In this document: in pieces, positions 57,188 through 61,040 of the stretch
How the letters are laid out: each line of letters begins with the position of its first letter
Numbering within the stretch: position 1 is the first letter of the stretch
Assembly (NCBI GenBank): GCA_964574035.1
Contig: CAZNLD010000006.1
Coordinates: forward strand, 1-61,040
Length of the DNA stretch: 61,040 nucleotides
DNA from: Candidatus Undinarchaeota archaeon
GTDB taxonomy: Archaea; Undinarchaeota; Undinarchaeia; Undinarchaeales; JALTGF01
Direction: 5' to 3'
Made by a program: the position numbers and the translations under genes
Notes under the pieces: model-generated
Told to the model about the DNA's origin: nothing
Databases searched by the model: none
What the model saw: only the letters and a program-made list of their open reading frames with translations

Positions 57188-57518
57188 AAAATGCACCTGC
57201 GGTGCGAAAATGAAGAAGATTAAGACAGACATGGAATTATACGACGGCAGTATAGTAGTGAAAGATGTTGAAGCTTATTACTGCGAAAAATGCAATGAAG
57301 AAGTATTTACAAGCGAGCAGGCAGAGAAGGCGCAGAATAAAATGAAAGAAGCCTATCCTGGATTTGAGCCGTTTACTGTAGAGAAAAAGATTGCAAAGCT
57401 TGGCAATTCACTATCTATTCCTGTTTCAAAAGAAATTGCTGATTTTGTACATCTGAAGAAAGGCAAGGAAGTAAAAATTACTGTTAAGAATAAAGACAGA
57501 CTAATTGTTGATGTTTAA
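57171..57518 (+). CDS. YgiT-type zinc finger plus AbrB/MazE DNA-binding antitoxin
   Basis: KCTCG...DVEAYYCEKCNEEVFT; KIAKLGNSLSIPVSKEIA...LKKGKEV. Confidence 0.85.
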   Translation: MKEKGKKCTCGAKMKKIKTDMELYDGSIVVKDVEAYYCEKCNEEVFTSEQAEKAQNKMKEAYPGFEPFTVEKKIAKLGNSLSIPVSKEIADFVHLKKGKEVKITVKNKDRLIVDV

Positions 57519-57589
57519 TGGTTTTGAAGGTCAGTATGGAAAGGCAGTACAGAATTTTAAAGCAGAAAGATAAGTTCGTATCTTTGGAT

Positions 57590-57624
57590 GAATTGAAGCA
57601 AAGGGAATGACTGGCTTGAATGAA
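57590..57624. repeat. 21-bp copy of the proC 3' end fused to a degenerate site
   Basis: GAATTGAAGCAAAGGGAATGA equals 56789-56809 and continues into ACTGGCTTGAATGAA. Confidence 0.75.
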
Positions 57625-57634
57625 TTTATATTTT

Positions 57635-58219
57635 CTAAACTATTGTCATTAAAAGAACAAATAAATTGCCGGCTAAATGGACTAGGATAGGAGCCGTTAT
57701 GTTTCTGTCGTTTGCCAGGTATGCATATCCAAAGATTGTGCCTCCGAAGAATTTTAAAAGAATCTGCTCTGGTGCAAAGTTTCCGTGGACCAGGACAAAT
57801 AATAGGGAGGAAATGATTAAACCTAATGCAGTTTCTGCGTTTTTGTTTTCTAAATACCTGTTGAAAAACAGCAGAAGCAGAGATAAAACAACGCCTCTGA
57901 AGAAGAGTTCTTCTGCAATTGGTCCGAGAGTAACTGCATCTAAACTGCAGAGAATATGGCTGAAACCCTGAAACGGAGTGTTGAACAAAGAAGTCACGGC
58001 AGTTTTCAGGAGTAGTATTAGTATTATTGAAAGAAGAATAGTTTTCAGATTTATGCTGGTTCTTGGAATTAAAGATTTGGAGATGTATTTTTTATATTTG
58101 GTTTTTGAAATCGGAAAAAACTCTATAAAAGGCGGAGCTATGAACAAAGCTAAAAGAGATGCAACTATGAACAAGAAATCCCATCCGATTGTATTTATGA
58201 AGCATAAAGGGAGTGCCAT
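57635..58219 (-). CDS. CPBP (CAAX/Abi) family intramembrane metalloprotease
   Basis: PIAEELFFRG, FVLVH, ILVHLAGN. Confidence 0.92.
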   Translation of the reverse strand: MALPLCFINTIGWDFLFIVASLLALFIAPPFIEFFPISKTKYKKYISKSLIPRTSINLKTILLSIILILLLKTAVTSLFNTPFQGFSHILCSLDAVTLGPIAEELFFRGVVLSLLLLFFNRYLENKNAETALGLIISSLLFVLVHGNFAPEQILLKFFGGTIFGYAYLANDRNITAPILVHLAGNLFVLLMTIV

Positions 58220-58403
58220 GGAGAGGAATAAGGGGTTGGAGTATTAAAATAATTGGTATAGAGGAAGATATTTAAGAAATAATATTTAGAATTGAAGTAC
58301 TGTGTGAATCTCAAAACAGCACTCTTTTTGAAAAAATTGCCGTCAAAAAACAAGTATAAAACAAATTATTCTAATCCAGTATAGACTATATTTGAAGCGC
58401 CTC

Positions 58404-58658
58404 TTATAAGTCGTCAGTGTCGCCGCTTGCTTTGGGTTTTTTACTCTTTAGAAACTTAATATATAACTTCTCTGCAGCTTTGCCGTCTATTTCTTTCTCG
58501 GTCAGTACATAAATCCTATTATCTGCATGATAAAAGGAATTCATAGATGGAGAAACCTCGTACTCTTTAACAAAATCGTCTATTGCATATTTTAGGTCTT
58601 TACTAACTATCTCCGGTTTGTCTTCTTTCCAGTCAAATTCAACTATTGTATATTTCAT
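58404..58658 (-). CDS. small hypothetical protein
   Basis: 84-aa ORF flanked by CGTCAAAAAA(A)CAAG short direct repeats. Confidence 0.55.
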   Translation of the reverse strand: MKYTIVEFDWKEDKPEIVSKDLKYAIDDFVKEYEVSPSMNSFYHADNRIYVLTEKEIDGKAAEKLYIKFLKSKKPKASGDTDDL

Positions 58659-58724
58659 AGTATACTAATCTGTGTGTTTGTATTTAATATTATCCCAGTT
58701 TACTTCTCTCGTCAAAAAAACAAG

Positions 58725-58808
58725 ACTTTCACTCAATTACTTCCAGTTCTACTCTTTTCAGAGTTCTTCTTTCGGAATGAACTAATGAGATGTACTTTTC
58801 AGGATGGT
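58725..58808. repeat. 84-bp direct repeat of the 3' end of the JAB/MPN gene
   Basis: Matches 60424-60507 with one mismatch. Confidence 0.92.
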
Positions 58809-58949
58809 TTACCAGCGGCGCCTCAGAATGTAAATGGGTGCCCCACCAAAACTTTACAGGTAGCGAATATGTTCCTAAATAGAAAGGTATATATAGTAAA
58901 AGAACATGTTCTTATACTAAGCAGTATATATAATAAAAACACATATAAA

Positions 58950-59585
58950 ATGAAGGGCTGGAAAAAAGAACGGATAATACGGGTATTGTTGAACCATCCA
59001 GACGGCAGTCTGACAATGTACAGGGTGGCAAAAGAAGCCGAAACCCATCACAGTTGGGCTATTAAAGTTATTAAACGATTAGAAAAAAAGAACCTGCTTA
59101 AAGGAACCAAAGTAATTGATCCGCGCGGGCTGTTTGATCATTGGGTTAGCATACACAAAAGACCGAAGCATCGGGATTATAATGTAAGGGACCCTCCCCA
59201 GCTTTTAAGGCAGGGAGGCAAAAAAGGACTGGAATATGCCTTAACTACATACGCTGCAGAAAGCTCTGTCCAAAAGTATCTTTTCCTTTCGCGCTATGAC
59301 CTTTATATAAAGGATTTAGACCAGTGGCACGAACTAGCCATTGAAAGCGGAGTAAGGGGTGGCGGGAATTTCAGGATTTTATATGATGCCGATCCGCACA
59401 TTTTTTACGGTGTCCATACTACTGGTCTGAGATTATCTCATAACAAAGAAAAAGGTCCTGCTCTAACTCTTGGCACGCTCCCCGTGGTTTCTATCCCGCA
59501 ACTAATCCTTGACCTTATGGTAGAGGGTGGGCCCTGCACGGAAGCCGCAGAACTACTAATTAAAAGGCATTTGGAGAGGCGATAA
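58950..59585 (+). CDS. wHTH protein, AbiEi-like (type IV TA) antitoxin candidate
   Basis: N-terminal HTH (MYRVAKEA...KRLEKK), YALTTYAA, VVSIPQLILDL...EAAE; ATG at 58950 follows a TATA-like tract. Confidence 0.7.
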   Translation: MKGWKKERIIRVLLNHPDGSLTMYRVAKEAETHHSWAIKVIKRLEKKNLLKGTKVIDPRGLFDHWVSIHKRPKHRDYNVRDPPQLLRQGGKKGLEYALTTYAAESSVQKYLFLSRYDLYIKDLDQWHELAIESGVRGGGNFRILYDADPHIFYGVHTTGLRLSHNKEKGPALTLGTLPVVSIPQLILDLMVEGGPCTEAAELLIKRHLERR

Positions 59586-60382
59586 TGTACGAAAAGTTTG
59601 AAACGGACACTTCAGAAAAATATTTGAAGCAGGTCATTAATGCGCTTGAAAAACCAGTTTGTCTCATGGGTGGTTGGAGTGTAAGATACTATGTAAACAA
59701 GCGGTTCAAAAACGAAATGGGTAGAGATTATCTTGGCTCAAGAGACATTGACCTTGGCTTCCGAATCAAAAAAGATTGGACCTTGAAAGAACTAAAAAAT
59801 TCCGATTTTGCAAAAGCAATGACGGTCCTGGAGAAGCAGATTGGCTTTGAATTGCAGGGATTCAGAATGCTTAAACAAATAGAAAGAGAAACGGGAAGAG
59901 AACTGACAAGCGGTGAAGCAAAAGAAATAATCTTGCCCAATTTATTTGATTTGTATGTTGACTTGATGATAAGTGAAGTGCATCCTAAATTTAGGGAAGC
60001 GTTTGGATTTATTCCTGCCGAGGAATTTCTGCTTCAAGAAGTTTTTTCAAATGCAATAAACAGAAAAGAACTTGAATTATCTGGAAAAGTAATTTACATG
60101 CCGTCAGTAGAAATCCTAATTGCTATGAAACTCAATTCAGTTGTAAACAGAGACAAGGAGCATAAGCAGATAAAGGATTTGTACGATATTGTTGCGCTGG
60201 CGCTCTATTATACTCGCACCGTGGACAAGGAAACACTGAATGGCTTGTACTCGCCCAGTATGGAAAGCAGAAAAAAGCTTGACAATATTCTGAATGAAAA
60301 ATGCACGGACGAGCTATGGCGTCCGAATTTTGGTATTCCCGGGGAGACGGCTAAAAAAACGATTCAGAAGTTACTGGATTAA
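59585..60382 (+). CDS. nucleotidyltransferase, AbiEii-like toxin candidate
   Basis: LMGGWSV, SRDIDL, LIAMKL...R...KDLYDI. Confidence 0.78.
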   Translation: MYEKFETDTSEKYLKQVINALEKPVCLMGGWSVRYYVNKRFKNEMGRDYLGSRDIDLGFRIKKDWTLKELKNSDFAKAMTVLEKQIGFELQGFRMLKQIERETGRELTSGEAKEIILPNLFDLYVDLMISEVHPKFREAFGFIPAEEFLLQEVFSNAINRKELELSGKVIYMPSVEILIAMKLNSVVNRDKEHKQIKDLYDIVALALYYTRTVDKETLNGLYSPSMESRKKLDNILNEKCTDELWRPNFGIPGETAKKTIQKLLD

Positions 60383-60427
60383 AATCAGGAGTTATATTAA
60401 GAAAACATACCTTTTTTCTTTATACTT

Positions 60428-61006
60428 TCACTCAATTACTTCCAGTTCTACTCTTTTCAGAGTTCTTCTTTCGGAATGGACTAATGAGATGTACTTTTCA
60501 GGATGGTCTAAATATCTCTTTAAAATTCCTTTGTCAACTTCTCCTATCTTGTTCCATTTATCCTGCATGTTTTTTTCAAGTTCAATAAGATTAGAATACC
60601 TGGATGCCTCCGGATCGCCTAACATTATTTTAACTTGTTTTGTTGTTAATGCGTATTCTTTAGGCATCTGAATTACGCCGTAAATTCTGCTGTCTTTAAG
60701 CCCCAGCTCTTTAAGGAATTCATGAGTAACTATTGCATCGCCCATGTGCGGAGGCGAGTCGTCTAAGTGAGAATGCATGATTAAAACTTCCTGGTTTTTT
60801 TCCAGTTTTATTTTTGAATTCATTAAGCCGTCTAAAGGAGGACCTATTGGCCCGCCGGTTTCTCCATGCAGAGGGATTCCTTTAACTGCTGTATAATTAG
60901 GTCCTTCTTTTTCAAGAATTAATACTCCCAGAAACTCTTTAGGTGCTTCTTCTACTGCCTTTTTTAATAAAGGTTTTAGAACTTCTTTTAATGCAGTTAC
61001 TTTCAT
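60428..61006 (-). CDS. JAB/MPN (JAMM) domain metalloprotein
   Basis: PKEFLGVL catalytic Glu and MHSH...P...D metal-binding motif. Confidence 0.7.
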   Translation of the reverse strand: MKVTALKEVLKPLLKKAVEEAPKEFLGVLILEKEGPNYTAVKGIPLHGETGGPIGPPLDGLMNSKIKLEKNQEVLIMHSHLDDSPPHMGDAIVTHEFLKELGLKDSRIYGVIQMPKEYALTTKQVKIMLGDPEASRYSNLIELEKNMQDKWNKIGEVDKGILKRYLDHPEKYISLVHSERRTLKRVELEVIE

Positions 61007-61040
61007 AGGTTTAAGGTAGGTTTTTTGGTTTATTAAATTA

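Noticed and set aside
58674-58949. N-terminal extension of the 303-aa ORF from a GTG start
   Set aside because: It crosses the 84-bp repeat and a TATA-like tract; the ATG at 58950 begins the HTH domain
52817-61040. Provirus or IS element
   Set aside because: No integrase, transposase, capsid or replication genes; housekeeping proC and cspA are interspersed

Overview
AT-rich archaeal chromosome segment; gene content and divergence suggest a DPANN-like lineage (inference). Most of it is housekeeping: ribosomal protein and RNA polymerase clusters, MetRS, ProRS, CCA-adding enzyme, KEOPS Kae1/Bud32, NurA/HerA/Mre11/Rad50, FtsY, and NAD and folate enzymes. It carries four tRNAs (tRNA-Pro has a 118-nt intron) and a box C/D sRNA. 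Non-routine features: (1) a non-coding array of six related structured RNA hairpins (6622-7060) just upstream of the CCA-adding enzyme gene; (2) a run of small toxin-antitoxin-type cassettes (52.8-60.5 kb), most preceded by a shared 18-bp TTAACT-N6-AGTTAA site and several bounded by direct repeats of 21-84 bp, with no recombinase in the window; (3) a dispersed family of heptamer-flanked hairpin elements, one of which encloses a four-helix-bundle gene; (4) duplicated tRNA 3' ends enclosing very short structured inserts; (5) a membrane protein/zinc-ribbon/DUF835/KaiC-like module; (6) an amino-acid permease-methyltransferase fusion between mre11 and rad50. All calls come from reading motifs by eye; no database search or folding program was run.
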